Virus record (IMG/VR): IMGVR_UViG_3300022689_000474
Coordinates: 32,001-96,000 of that record
Length of the DNA stretch: 64,000 bases
Reading direction: 5' to 3' (one strand)
From: a virus
Under the pieces are notes generated by a model. That model did no database searches. It saw nothing but the letters and a program-made list of their open reading frames with translations, and was not told the origin of the DNA. Positions 18,198 to 28,715 of this stretch are shown here, one piece after another (the stretch's first letter is position 1; each line of letters starts with the position of its first letter). The translations under genes and the position numbers were made by a program.

Positions 18198-18945
18198 ATA
18201 TGAACATAGATTATTTGGTCCACCTATCCCATCTATATACTATTTATGTATATATGTGTATAGAAAAATAGTAACTCATCCTTTAATAAGATCTCCTATA
18301 GTTAGAGATCCATTAAGTGGAGAGCCTATATTTATAAAAAGATATAAACTTAAGAATGGTGTTGAATTAAAAGAAGGTTTAGCTTGTTCTATATTTCCTC
18401 ATAGTTCTCCGACTGATTCATTTGCTTTACCTAGTCCAACTGAAACTTCAGTATCCGCTTTATTTAGCCATCAGAACTTAGATCCTAATTTTGATGATGT
18501 AGTTTATCATATTTCTATAAAGTTACATTATGCTACTACTACAGTATTTGTACCCCATCCTAATGAAGAATTGAGAAAAATATCAGAAGTTAGAGGTGTA
18601 GGTCCTTTGAGTAGATATTATGATACTAATAATGAGGTAGAAGTAGATTTAGATCTAAATCCATCATTAGTAATAATAGGAGATTATATGGAATTAGTAA
18701 GGTATGCAATATTAGATAATACTCATACAGTAGATCTTCCTATACCATTTAATAAACTTGAAGTACTCTATTTTAACTTTAAAGACGCTCCTTGGGAAAA
18801 AGGTAGAAATATCTATTTCTCAGAAGGAGAGATATTATTAAGAGTAGATACTAAGATATCTAGAATATGGGATATAAATAAACCAATATTAGAAAGGATC
18901 AAATGTTATATGTTAGAATTACAACACGTTTCTGATTCTGAATGA
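18118..18945 (+). CDS. putative neck / tail completion protein
   Basis: 275 aa immediately before the sheath; function is inferred from position only. Confidence 0.4.
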   Translation: MENASHTPQSSGPEDSDGAVPRIIQSRYEHRLFGPPIPSIYYLCIYVYRKIVTHPLIRSPIVRDPLSGEPIFIKRYKLKNGVELKEGLACSIFPHSSPTDSFALPSPTETSVSALFSHQNLDPNFDDVVYHISIKLHYATTTVFVPHPNEELRKISEVRGVGPLSRYYDTNNEVEVDLDLNPSLVIIGDYMELVRYAILDNTHTVDLPIPFNKLEVLYFNFKDAPWEKGRNIYFSEGEILLRVDTKISRIWDINKPILERIKCYMLELQHVSDSE

Positions 18946-19009
18946 GTTATAACATTAATAAAATATAACTTTGCTGTTTAGTATATAAATATTTTAAAAG
19001 GTAATAATT

Positions 19010-22000
19010 ATGTCAATGCCAATCCCTAGGGTTAAATTTATAGAGGTTAACTCTGGATTTACACCTATAAGAATGTCTGCTAAAAATAGAATTGGTATTA
19101 TCGCTCCTTTCTCTAGAGGTCCCGCTTTTAGATGGAGATATGTTGGAGGTTATACTGATTTTGCTGATACTTGGGGAAGTGATACTTCTATTGGTTCTCT
19201 TGCATTTCAAGCCGCTTGGGATCAAGGTGCTAGAGATTTTGGATTGATAAGAGTTCTTGGTTCTGGTGCTCCTGCTCAAGGAATGATTAGATTTGGAGGT
19301 ATAGCTTCAAAACACAATAATATTCTTTTACATCTAAGGATTATAGGTGATCCTATTAGAAGATCAGATAGAGAAATTAAAGCTAATATTTTTACTAGTG
19401 GGGAATATAGGAGTAGTATTAGTGGTAGGTACTGGTTTAGAGTTGATAATAAATTTCTTGAAGATGGTGTTGAAAAATATACGATTAAATGGATCTTTGT
19501 TCCTTTAGGTGTAGATGGTGTTATAGCATGGCAAGATACTTCTGCACCTGAAATAGATATTCCATTAGATGCCATCCCTGTAGAATTTACTGATAAAGCT
19601 TTACAAGCTACTACTGATGTTTCTGGTATATCTCCTACTCTTTTGAGTGTAATTGGTTCTCAAGAAGTTGTATTTCCTGATTCCTGTTTGGGTTTACCAA
19701 GACCTGGAGAATCTTGTACTCTAGTAGGGACTCCTGGTTATGTTGTAGTTGTTAATGTTGGGGATATGAGATGGTTCTGGCATATTGATGGGGCAGATTC
19801 AGATAATATTAGAATAGATGAAGAAAATTCTGGTTATTATGGAACTCCTCCTATACCTTTAGAAGGATTTCCAGAAGGACTTAATAGTCAATTAGTGACT
19901 GATACAAGAACTGGTTTTACTAATTATCTCAATTTATTATTTACTGAATCTGAATTATCAAATGTAGAAGTATATACACCTACTGAAAGTATAATAGTTC
20001 CAGAAGATCAAACTGGTGTTGTTTTTGGCATAGAAAGAGGATTAACATTACAATTTGAGACTTTAAATACTATAGATCCTATATATCTAGAAGTAGGTGA
20101 TATGTGGTCTATAAGAGTTAATTCTGATACTTGGAGAATACCTATTTCAGAAGGAGCAAGTCCTAATCAAATAGCCACTAGTATGATAGAAGTCTTAGCT
20201 GGTGATGATCCATTAGGTGAAATAATTAGGACTAAAGAAGATGATGGTATTATTTTTAAGTTAATGGAAGAAGAAACAGGAGTACAAGGTAATAAATATA
20301 CTTATTATGTAGATTTAGAAACTCCTGATGGAGAAGTTATAACAGAAGCTAGTTATACGGGAGCGCCTGTTGATCCTGTTACTGGTTCCTATCCTCCTAT
20401 GGAAATATCTTCAGTTCAAGTTCCTATTAACTTTGCACATCATATTCAAGAGGGTGCTAGTGTTAGTAATTTACATGCTGGAGATCCTTTTAGTGTCTAT
20501 GTTGTTTCGGGCTCTGGTTTTACTCTTCCAAATTATGATGAGAATATTACTATTCCTCCAAATACTACTGTAGCTTCTATTGATATCCCGGCTTTCTCGG
20601 CAGCTGGTAGTGGTGCTTTGGCTGTTATAAATCTTTCTAATCCTATTACTGTTATTGGTTCTGGACAATCAGTATTCCATTTTGATAATACTAATGCTGG
20701 TGTTGATCTTGGAGCAGGGGGTTTAGGTATGACAATGAGTAATTATACTTTTTATCAAACTCGTTATATGTCAGGAGGTATAAATGGACCCCGTTCTGCA
20801 TATAGAGATTTTTATTCAATAGATGGATATAAACTATTGACTCTAGTAGCAACTTCAGAAGGACAATGGGGAAATTCTATAAGAGTAACTATATATCCTC
20901 TTACTACAGAAACATTTAACTTAAGAATCGTTGATCTAAATACTGATAGTTATGATCCTCCTATAGCTGAAGAGTTCTACGCTAACCTTAGTTTTAGAGA
21001 TGTAGATGAAAATGGATTCCTTAATCAATTGAATCAATCTAAATTTGTCAGAGGTGTCTTTGTTCCTAAAGCTCTTAATCCTAATGTTAGTCAAGTCTTC
21101 TATCAGAAGAGTATTATGAGATTGGCTCCCCCCGATCCTTTGGAAGTTGATCCTTCTGAACCAGGTCATTTATTAAATTATGGTCCTAAATGTTTAAGAC
21201 AAGTACATTTAGAAGATGGATTTGATGGTCCTCCCTTAACGGATATGGATTATATTAAAGCTATTCGTATATTGAAAAATGCACCTGCTCATATAATATT
21301 GGCTCCAGGTGTATATCAATCTGGTGTTATTAAACAATCACTTATAGCTCAAGCTCATTCTGCTACTGAACTGGAAGGTTTGAGAATAGCTGTCGTTAAC
21401 GCTAAACCATTCTTAGTACCTGAAGCTGCTAATCTTGAAACTATAGGTTATGGCTCTACTAGGGGCGTTATGGTTGCTGGATGGGGAACATATATTGGTA
21501 TTAATAATACTACTAGATTTAGTCTTAGTCCTGATGCTCCCTATTCAGGTAAGTTATCCCGTATTCCTTTCTTCTTAAGCCCTGCTGCTAGGACAGATGC
21601 TGGACCTATTTATGGTATCTCAGAGTTGGATACTCAAAATTATAATGCAATGTCTCAACTTCAGGCTTATACAGATGCTAGATTGGAAGTATTACATCTT
21701 GATCCTAACTTATCTGCATTTTATGTATTAACAGGTCGTACATTAACTTCTAATACTCAATGGGATAAGATATCTTATAGAAGAACTTTTGATATTGTAA
21801 GGGCTGATTTATATGTACTATTACAACAATTTAAGAGTGCTCCTATTAATGCCAGATTATTCTCTCAAATATCTGCTTCTATAGATGCTCATATGACTAC
21901 TATGACTCGTAATGGTTCTTTAAGATCTTTCTCTGGTACTAGTGTTAGATCATTAAATCCTGCTACAGGATTAGTTGAAGTGCATGTAGGTATTGTTCCA

Positions 22001-22075
22001 GTATATGCTGCTGATTATATAGATGTATATCTATATAGAGATGATGGTGGTAATGTTGTTAGACCTACTTCTTAA
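19010..22075 (+). CDS. contractile tail sheath protein with large insertions
   Basis: PRVKFIEV...IGIIAPFSRGP...YTDFADTWG...LIRV N-terminus; ATSEGQWGNSIRVTI; LEDGFDGP; WDKISYRRTFD...EVHVGIVPVYAADYIDV C-terminus. Confidence 0.93.
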   Translation: MSMPIPRVKFIEVNSGFTPIRMSAKNRIGIIAPFSRGPAFRWRYVGGYTDFADTWGSDTSIGSLAFQAAWDQGARDFGLIRVLGSGAPAQGMIRFGGIASKHNNILLHLRIIGDPIRRSDREIKANIFTSGEYRSSISGRYWFRVDNKFLEDGVEKYTIKWIFVPLGVDGVIAWQDTSAPEIDIPLDAIPVEFTDKALQATTDVSGISPTLLSVIGSQEVVFPDSCLGLPRPGESCTLVGTPGYVVVVNVGDMRWFWHIDGADSDNIRIDEENSGYYGTPPIPLEGFPEGLNSQLVTDTRTGFTNYLNLLFTESELSNVEVYTPTESIIVPEDQTGVVFGIERGLTLQFETLNTIDPIYLEVGDMWSIRVNSDTWRIPISEGASPNQIATSMIEVLAGDDPLGEIIRTKEDDGIIFKLMEEETGVQGNKYTYYVDLETPDGEVITEASYTGAPVDPVTGSYPPMEISSVQVPINFAHHIQEGASVSNLHAGDPFSVYVVSGSGFTLPNYDENITIPPNTTVASIDIPAFSAAGSGALAVINLSNPITVIGSGQSVFHFDNTNAGVDLGAGGLGMTMSNYTFYQTRYMSGGINGPRSAYRDFYSIDGYKLLTLVATSEGQWGNSIRVTIYPLTTETFNLRIVDLNTDSYDPPIAEEFYANLSFRDVDENGFLNQLNQSKFVRGVFVPKALNPNVSQVFYQKSIMRLAPPDPLEVDPSEPGHLLNYGPKCLRQVHLEDGFDGPPLTDMDYIKAIRILKNAPAHIILAPGVYQSGVIKQSLIAQAHSATELEGLRIAVVNAKPFLVPEAANLETIGYGSTRGVMVAGWGTYIGINNTTRFSLSPDAPYSGKLSRIPFFLSPAARTDAGPIYGISELDTQNYNAMSQLQAYTDARLEVLHLDPNLSAFYVLTGRTLTSNTQWDKISYRRTFDIVRADLYVLLQQFKSAPINARLFSQISASIDAHMTTMTRNGSLRSFSGTSVRSLNPATGLVEVHVGIVPVYAADYIDVYLYRDDGGNVVRPTS

Positions 22076-22123
22076 TGCATTATAAAACTTAGTAAACTAA
22101 ATCTTTAATTATTAATAAATATT

Positions 22124-22972
22124 ATGCCTCAAATACCTAGTTATTCTTCTACTCAAAGTGAATTATACTGTGCCCCGGTAGATAATACAGGTCTTGATCC
22201 TATGCAGGGTTTTGACTTCTTTGTTTGGGTTGCAGATGTTTGTACTGGTAAATTGGCTTGGTTTGGAGCCTTCCAAAGTTTAACTCTATCCATAAGAGAT
22301 GCTACTGAAACTTATTTAGAATTAGGACAACGTATCCCTATTCATCTTAATGGTGAAATACAAATAGCCTGGGTTCTAGAACAAGGTTTAGTTGATTATC
22401 AATTTATTTATAGGACCTTTGGTGTTAAATCAATTAGAAGGGATATGTATATTACTAGAGGTCCAAGATTCCAAATCTCTTTTGATGGTAATGCTTATGA
22501 ATTAGATAGGTCCGCAGATGGTTCTGGAAGAGGGATAGTCGCTAATGGTACTGTTGATAGAGCTAATGATAGTGGTATTGGGGGAGATGATTTATATCGA
22601 TGGGGTTCTGATGAATATTTGCACTTGAGTGCAGATTTCTATTCCTCTGATACTAACTTTAGACCTATTAGATCAGGTCGATATGATGTCTTAAGATGTA
22701 AAGTTGATTCTGTTTCTCTTGGTATAATGCCCGGTAGAAGGGTCGCAGCTGTTAGATGGGAAGGAGTTGCAGAAGGTATAGCTTATGTTAATGAGACTGT
22801 TCAACAATTTAAGACTGAAAGAACTACTAATACTAGTGGTAATTTCCTTAATCAACTTGGAGTTGAGAATATTAATATTGGGGATCTGACTGGTGCAGCA
22901 GTTGGAGGTGGTGGTGGTAGGCTTAGTAGTAATGTTGAACAACTTAATCAGACTTTGGCTTCAGGTGGTTAA
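22124..22972 (+). CDS. tail tube protein
   Basis: Follows the sheath; DPMQGFDFFVWV...GAFQSLTL...YLELG...GEIQIAWVLEQGLVD...VRWEGVAE fits T4 gp19-like tubes. Confidence 0.85.
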   Translation: MPQIPSYSSTQSELYCAPVDNTGLDPMQGFDFFVWVADVCTGKLAWFGAFQSLTLSIRDATETYLELGQRIPIHLNGEIQIAWVLEQGLVDYQFIYRTFGVKSIRRDMYITRGPRFQISFDGNAYELDRSADGSGRGIVANGTVDRANDSGIGGDDLYRWGSDEYLHLSADFYSSDTNFRPIRSGRYDVLRCKVDSVSLGIMPGRRVAAVRWEGVAEGIAYVNETVQQFKTERTTNTSGNFLNQLGVENINIGDLTGAAVGGGGGRLSSNVEQLNQTLASGG

Positions 22973-23003
22973 TAAATATTCTTTAATACTCCTTCATTAA
23001 TTT

Positions 23004-23040
23004 ATATAAAACATGGAGAATATACCTCCATGTTTTATAT
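23004..23040 (+). terminator. intrinsic terminator after the tail tube gene
   Basis: ATATAAAACATGGAG-AATATAC-CTCCATGTTTTATAT, perfect 15-bp inverted repeat with T-rich 3' arm. Confidence 0.75.
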
Positions 23041-23118
23041 TATATTTCTGTATATTAATACTTATAACTATTAGATTATTAGACATAAATATATATATAT
23101 CTAAATATATTGTATTAG

Positions 23119-25368
23119 ATGAAATTCTTTACTAAAGCAGAACCTATACCTGCAGCTGCTGTTACTTATGCTGGAGCTTTAAGCGATAAACAACCTATTA
23201 TATTTACTAGTCAATCAAGACAGAAAGATCTTGATGGTAGAAGATTAGATTGGGTTATTACTTCTGTTAAAGTTACTATGGCTAGAGATTGGTCTATTAG
23301 TCGAGCGGACTTGATTCTTACTTCAGAAATACCTGATCAAGAATGTTTGACTCCTACTCTTCCTGATATTCATCAATTTAGAGGTGGTAATTTTCCATTT
23401 CTTACAGTAGAAGATGAAATACGGATCTTTCTTGGTTATATCCGATTTGGACAATTAATTACTGCTGATTTGTTAGATGATCATGCTTTTGATTTATGTC
23501 CTTCATGTACAGATATAGAACGTACTCAAGAAGAGAATCCTAATTCCTTTGTATGTGGTCCTATATCTCCTAATGGAGAAAACTTTAAACAGAATCCGGA
23601 TAAACCTCTTTGTCCTGTATTCTGGGGTTTTATAGACGTTATTAATATTGATGTTGATCCTAATAGTGGAGTTAGATGTACTATATCTTGTAGGGATAGA
23701 TCAAGGGTATTTGCTGATACTACACTTATAGCTATTCCTTCTTTACAAGGTAGACTAATTGATACGACTCAAGAAAATGGTTTCTTTAATAATAATAGTA
23801 AAGATGGATTAGCAGCTGGTAAAAGAGAAGATATTTTAATTCAAGTTGCAAAAGGTGCTACAGGAGATTTATTTGGAGATTTGACTATAGGATCTTCTGG
23901 AGTTAAGACTTGTTGGAAACCTGTTATAGGAGGATCTGATGATATGGCAGATAATATGTATAGCCCCCCTTGGATAAATACTTCTACTACTACTACTTCA
24001 CAGAATAATTCTACTAATTCGTCTAAAGAAGAAGAAGAAGAAACTCAACAAGATAATGAAGAAGAAACTATTAATACTGAGAGCACAAATAATGATACTC
24101 CTTCTAACTCTCAGAGTGAAGATAATAAAGAAGAAACTAAAGCAAGACTTCTTACTCCCAGTAAATTAGGTGCTTTATTATTTAATAAGTATCATTTACC
24201 TCAAGGAGCAGGAGATTATCAATTAGTTCTACCTCCTGAAGATCCTGCTTTATGGATGAGAGAAGCCCAAGGGAAAAAACATTTACCTTATACAGAACCC
24301 CGTTTTCACATTTGGGTTCAGAGACCTCCTTTATCTAAAGGTAATTCTTCTGCAGTATTTAAAGTTATAAATAAGAGTCCTTTAGAGATTATAAAGTTTT
24401 TAGCAGATACTGAAGAAAGACCAACTGATTTCTTTGCCTCTCATATAAATGGAGATTTTGTATTTGGTCCTAGAGTCTTAGATGCAAGTGGTTTTCAAGA
24501 TCCTTATAGACAATATAGAACTTATTTTAATAGATTATATCCTAAAGAGTTTCAAGATAAAAAGATTCCTGTATCAGATGCTCAGAGGATTATTAGTATG
24601 AGAGCTGTTACTTCTTCTTTAGCTACTATGAATAGATTTGTAGTAGTAGATTCGGAGACTGAAGGTAGTTTTAGTTCTTTCTTAGATAAATTGAGAGTTG
24701 CAGTAGATGTTCTCCCTTGGCTCTTAGATGGAGATTCTGAAAGTCAATTATTTAAAGAAACTGGAGGGAGAAATGTATATCCTCCTTGTAGAAATCAAAT
24801 CTTATATGATGGTAATATTTCTTCTTATGGTGATAAGAAATATAATAGAGCTGGAGGTGCTCTTATAGTTGCATTGAATCAAGCTAGGAACTGGTCTAGA
24901 GAAATAATGAGTATCAGTCTTACTCTTATGGGAGATCCTACTTTATATCCAGGTGAAGCTATTAGAGTATATAATTCTATACTTCATGATTTTGGTACTA
25001 AAGTTAATCCGGGTACTGAAAAATCTTCTGCTATTCTTAAAGAAACTATGGAAGATATAGAAGCACTTAGTACAGAAAGTAAAAAAGATGTCATTCAGAA
25101 AATAGTTTCTGAGAGTAAAAGTAAAATAGCAGCTACTAGTCCTGAGAAGGGTTATAAATTGAAAGAAAGTGAAGGGGCTTCTAGTGTTCACTTTGGTAAT
25201 GAAGGTATAAGAGAACTTACTCAGAATTTATATTCACATCATGTATTGACCTCTATGAATAATTTAGTACTACCTGTTTATAAAGTTAGATCTATACAAC
25301 ATACTTTTAGAGTTGGAGGTAAGAATCCCGGTTTTACTACTAAATTAGAATGTATATCAGATTATTAA
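23119..25368 (+). CDS. baseplate hub protein (gp27 / P2 gpD-like)
   Basis: EDEIRIFLGY, PVFWGFIDVI, CTISCRDRS, SLTLMGDPTLYPGEAIRV, YKVRSIQHTF...GFTTKLEC are typical hub motifs. Confidence 0.8.
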   Translation: MKFFTKAEPIPAAAVTYAGALSDKQPIIFTSQSRQKDLDGRRLDWVITSVKVTMARDWSISRADLILTSEIPDQECLTPTLPDIHQFRGGNFPFLTVEDEIRIFLGYIRFGQLITADLLDDHAFDLCPSCTDIERTQEENPNSFVCGPISPNGENFKQNPDKPLCPVFWGFIDVINIDVDPNSGVRCTISCRDRSRVFADTTLIAIPSLQGRLIDTTQENGFFNNNSKDGLAAGKREDILIQVAKGATGDLFGDLTIGSSGVKTCWKPVIGGSDDMADNMYSPPWINTSTTTTSQNNSTNSSKEEEEETQQDNEEETINTESTNNDTPSNSQSEDNKEETKARLLTPSKLGALLFNKYHLPQGAGDYQLVLPPEDPALWMREAQGKKHLPYTEPRFHIWVQRPPLSKGNSSAVFKVINKSPLEIIKFLADTEERPTDFFASHINGDFVFGPRVLDASGFQDPYRQYRTYFNRLYPKEFQDKKIPVSDAQRIISMRAVTSSLATMNRFVVVDSETEGSFSSFLDKLRVAVDVLPWLLDGDSESQLFKETGGRNVYPPCRNQILYDGNISSYGDKKYNRAGGALIVALNQARNWSREIMSISLTLMGDPTLYPGEAIRVYNSILHDFGTKVNPGTEKSSAILKETMEDIEALSTESKKDVIQKIVSESKSKIAATSPEKGYKLKESEGASSVHFGNEGIRELTQNLYSHHVLTSMNNLVLPVYKVRSIQHTFRVGGKNPGFTTKLECISDY

Positions 25369-25377
25369 TGACTAAAT

Positions 25378-28233
25378 ATGGCAGACTTTTATAGTTCATT
25401 TGGTTCCCCTTATTTAGACTCTTCTAGAATGGTAAATGCTTCTAGAAGAGCTGTATCTAGTCATGTTTCTACTCAGATTGGTACTATTGTTAATGTTACT
25501 TTCTGTGAATTTCATGGCCATCTTACTCAAACATATATGGTCAAACTATTAGATTCTGGTTCGGATCAAATAGTTCCTTGTAGAAAAATATCTCCTCAAT
25601 CCTCTTTAGATGGTGTAGGTGATTTTTATCCTCTTGAAGAAGGAGATCCAGTCTTAGTTCTATTTAAAGAGGGGAGGGCTGATGTGGGATATATACTTGG
25701 TAGTTTTACCTCTGAAGGAGAATATCTTAAATTCTTAGTTCAAGGGGAAGGAGAAGAACCAGGTCATTTATATGATTCTGGTTTGGGAACTGTAGTAGCT
25801 AATCCTCCTTCTATACATCCTGATAGAATAGCTACTCCTGATGCTTTTATGAATATAATGCCCTCGAGAGCATTATTGGGAGATTATCAGGATCCTTCTT
25901 TAGGTAGTCGGAATAAAATGGAAGAACAGTCAAGTAGAAGATCTCAACCAGCATCTATTGAGATAAAAGATAAGTTGGGTAATTTTGCTCAATATGCTAA
26001 AGGAGATATTATTTTATATACGGATAGTGACCTTATATTCTTGAGTACTAAAGAAGTTGGGGATGAATGTGTTAAGTTGGCTAGAATGGTTAAGTACTAT
26101 AAAAAACTATTAGCTGATTTAAAGAGAAAGTTTAATTCTATTATTAGTTCCAGGTCTGGGAATCAACCAGTTAGTCGAGGAGAAGAAACTCAAACTGAAC
26201 AGAGTGATACAAATGAACAGACTACAACTACCTTAGAAGATACTCCTTCTGGTACTTTGAGAGATGTAGAAGATGGTTCTGTAGTAGAGACTCCTCAGTC
26301 CGATATACCAGAAGGTACAGATGCACAACAGACAGGACAAACAGAATTACCAATAGGTAATTCAGAATGGGATATATTTACTACTAATAGTGGGGAAACA
26401 GAATTTTCTACTTCTACTGGACAAAGTAATACTTTAAATACATTTGATGTTTCTAATGTAGAAAATTATGATTTTAGTAATATAGAGGTAGAGTCTACTC
26501 CTTCTAATTATACTTTTGGTAACTCTCAAACTAATCAGAATACTGAACAAACATCTGAAACTAATGATCAACAGACTACAGAGACAGAAGGTCCTTCTAG
26601 TAATACTCCAGGAGAATCTACATCTGGTGTGGGAGCTACTATAGGTAAACAAATAGATAGATTGAAAGCTTTTATAGGTTACTATCCTAATCCAAATTTT
26701 CATCAATATGCAACTAATAACTATCATATGCAGCAGATAGAAAAGTTAATAGATGCGACTATAAAGGAAGTAGCGGAATGTAAAAAGAATCTAGCTGCAT
26801 ATAGAGAATCAATGAATAGATTACAAAGTGGTACAAATATGGGTGATAAAACTAATGGGGAAACTTCCCCAAATCAAGAATCTTTCAGCGGTAAAGAATC
26901 AGAATATAAACCGAGAGATAATGAATGTGGTAAGACTTTAGTAGAAACTATTAAGAATCTCCAATCAATAGTAGGTAAAAGTTATGGTTCAGGTACTTGT
27001 TATGAAGGTGTAGCTGATGCTATTGATTATGCTGGTTTGGGTAAATTGGGAGGAGATTGTCAAATAAATGGTCCTAACAGTGTAGCTAATAATTTAGTAG
27101 GTTATACTTCATGGGCTATCCATTTTGCTAATTTCTTTAATGAAAATCCTAGTAACTTGGCCAAATTAGAAATAAGGAATTTAAGAGAGGATGGAATAGT
27201 AGATCCTAATGATTCAGCAGTCCCACCAGGAGCGGTAATAGTAGTTAAAAGTAACAAATATGTTACTCATCCTGCAGGGGATATAAATGTTAAGACAGAT
27301 GATGGTCAGTATTTAAATCCAAGATCTATGACTAATTGGATGACTGATAGTAGTTATTGGAATGCTAATCCTGATCTTGTAGCTGGTATATTTGTAGATG
27401 CTAGTGGTTTTAGTTTTATATCTTCTGCTAATTCTGATGGAGAGAATCAAGCTGCTAGTGAAGAAGAGATTCAAAATAGAATAGAAGAAGATCAAAATAG
27501 ATCTTTTGCATCTAAATATGGTAACGGTATTTACGAAGTTGAATATAATTATGATAGTACTAATTGGACCGATGCTGATGTTAAAGCTAAACCTATTGAT
27601 AGTGGAGGTAAACCTATAGTTGTATTACCTATCCAATACTCTGAAGGTGGTATTCAACCAGGTGCGTTAGGTAGAGGTAGAGAGTGGACTTTAGAAGCTA
27701 CTGCTGCTATGAAAAGGAAATTAGAAGCTAAAGGTTTTTATGTATTAACACCTGATGTACATGACTATTATCAACAGACGGGAGATTGGAATGAAGCTCA
27801 CCAAGCATTAGAATTCTATACAGCTGCCGTATCTAAAGGAAATAGTAATGTACAGACTATAGTAATGACTGCTGATGCCGCTCAAGGAGGTGCTCAGTTA
27901 TTAGTACCTGCTACTAGAACTAGAGATAGTTCATGGGAAAGTTCTATTGAAAATAATCTTAAAGACCTTTATTCCCAGAATGGTCTTAAGATGCATGATC
28001 CGAATCAATATTTACAACAAAGAGGACAAGCTGGTTATGGTGAAGGGACAGCTAAAGGGTATCATCCTTTAATAGAAAGGGTAGCTCAATATAATCCAAG
28101 GGTCGGTATTTTAGAAGTTGGTACTTTAGAACAGTTACTTGATAAAGGTGAAAGTATTTCAGGGGCCAGTCAGTATGCTGACCCTATATTTGACCAACTA
28201 GCTAATACAATGGCTCAACAAGCAGGTTTATAA
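25378..28233 (+). CDS. central spike protein (gp5/gpV OB-fold) fused to cell-wall-hydrolase-like domains
   Basis: IGTIVNV...VKL...GVGDFYPLEEGDPVLVLFKEGRADVGYILGSF OB-fold; CHAP/NlpC-like GTCYEGVADAI...PPGAVIVV...HPAGDINV; C-terminal amidase_3-like fold (REWTLEATAAMKRKLEAKGFYV...GILEVG). Confidence 0.75.
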   Translation: MADFYSSFGSPYLDSSRMVNASRRAVSSHVSTQIGTIVNVTFCEFHGHLTQTYMVKLLDSGSDQIVPCRKISPQSSLDGVGDFYPLEEGDPVLVLFKEGRADVGYILGSFTSEGEYLKFLVQGEGEEPGHLYDSGLGTVVANPPSIHPDRIATPDAFMNIMPSRALLGDYQDPSLGSRNKMEEQSSRRSQPASIEIKDKLGNFAQYAKGDIILYTDSDLIFLSTKEVGDECVKLARMVKYYKKLLADLKRKFNSIISSRSGNQPVSRGEETQTEQSDTNEQTTTTLEDTPSGTLRDVEDGSVVETPQSDIPEGTDAQQTGQTELPIGNSEWDIFTTNSGETEFSTSTGQSNTLNTFDVSNVENYDFSNIEVESTPSNYTFGNSQTNQNTEQTSETNDQQTTETEGPSSNTPGESTSGVGATIGKQIDRLKAFIGYYPNPNFHQYATNNYHMQQIEKLIDATIKEVAECKKNLAAYRESMNRLQSGTNMGDKTNGETSPNQESFSGKESEYKPRDNECGKTLVETIKNLQSIVGKSYGSGTCYEGVADAIDYAGLGKLGGDCQINGPNSVANNLVGYTSWAIHFANFFNENPSNLAKLEIRNLREDGIVDPNDSAVPPGAVIVVKSNKYVTHPAGDINVKTDDGQYLNPRSMTNWMTDSSYWNANPDLVAGIFVDASGFSFISSANSDGENQAASEEEIQNRIEEDQNRSFASKYGNGIYEVEYNYDSTNWTDADVKAKPIDSGGKPIVVLPIQYSEGGIQPGALGRGREWTLEATAAMKRKLEAKGFYVLTPDVHDYYQQTGDWNEAHQALEFYTAAVSKGNSNVQTIVMTADAAQGGAQLLVPATRTRDSSWESSIENNLKDLYSQNGLKMHDPNQYLQQRGQAGYGEGTAKGYHPLIERVAQYNPRVGILEVGTLEQLLDKGESISGASQYADPIFDQLANTMAQQAGL

Positions 28234-28237
28234 AAGT

Positions 28238-28714
28238 ATGAATAAATCTATAAAACCATTAGTAGTACTTCATGAATCTATCATTCCTCTAGAAAAACTT
28301 TATTCTTTCTTGAGAGATAGATCTATTGAAAATTCATATCATACTTTGATAAAAAGAAATGGTTCTATAGTTTATGTCACTTCACCTGATAAAAGAGTTT
28401 TGGCTGCTGGACAACCCTCTTCTTTTAGAGGAGAATCTATATCTGATTCTGTAGACCCTTTCGCTTATCATATTTGTCTTATTAGTCCTACTCAAAGAAA
28501 TATAGATGGGTCTCATAAAGGATATACCGAAGAACAATATAAAAGTCTGGGATGGTTACTTAAACAATTAATGATTCCTTGGGAAAGGATTACTACTCAT
28601 AAAGAAGTAGATCTTACTCGGAGAGCTAGAGATCCAGAAGGTTTTAATTATTTTATTCTTAAGAAGAATTATATAAGGGCTAGATTAATAAAACCTATAT
28701 TCTTTAAGGTGTGA
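28238..28714 (+). CDS. N-acetylmuramoyl-L-alanine amidase (Amidase_2 / AmpD-like)
   Basis: VVLHES, SYHTLIKRNGSIVY, YTEEQYKSLGWL, ITTHKEVD...RDP zinc-amidase motifs. Confidence 0.88.
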   Translation: MNKSIKPLVVLHESIIPLEKLYSFLRDRSIENSYHTLIKRNGSIVYVTSPDKRVLAAGQPSSFRGESISDSVDPFAYHICLISPTQRNIDGSHKGYTEEQYKSLGWLLKQLMIPWERITTHKEVDLTRRARDPEGFNYFILKKNYIRARLIKPIFFKV

Positions 28715-28715
28715 T

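Noticed and set aside
19010-22075. Intein or intron explaining the oversized sheath, hub and wedge genes
   Set aside because: Frames are uninterrupted and I saw no intein C-terminal HN-C/S/T junction with LAGLIDADG or HNH motifs; the extra length looks like domain insertion.
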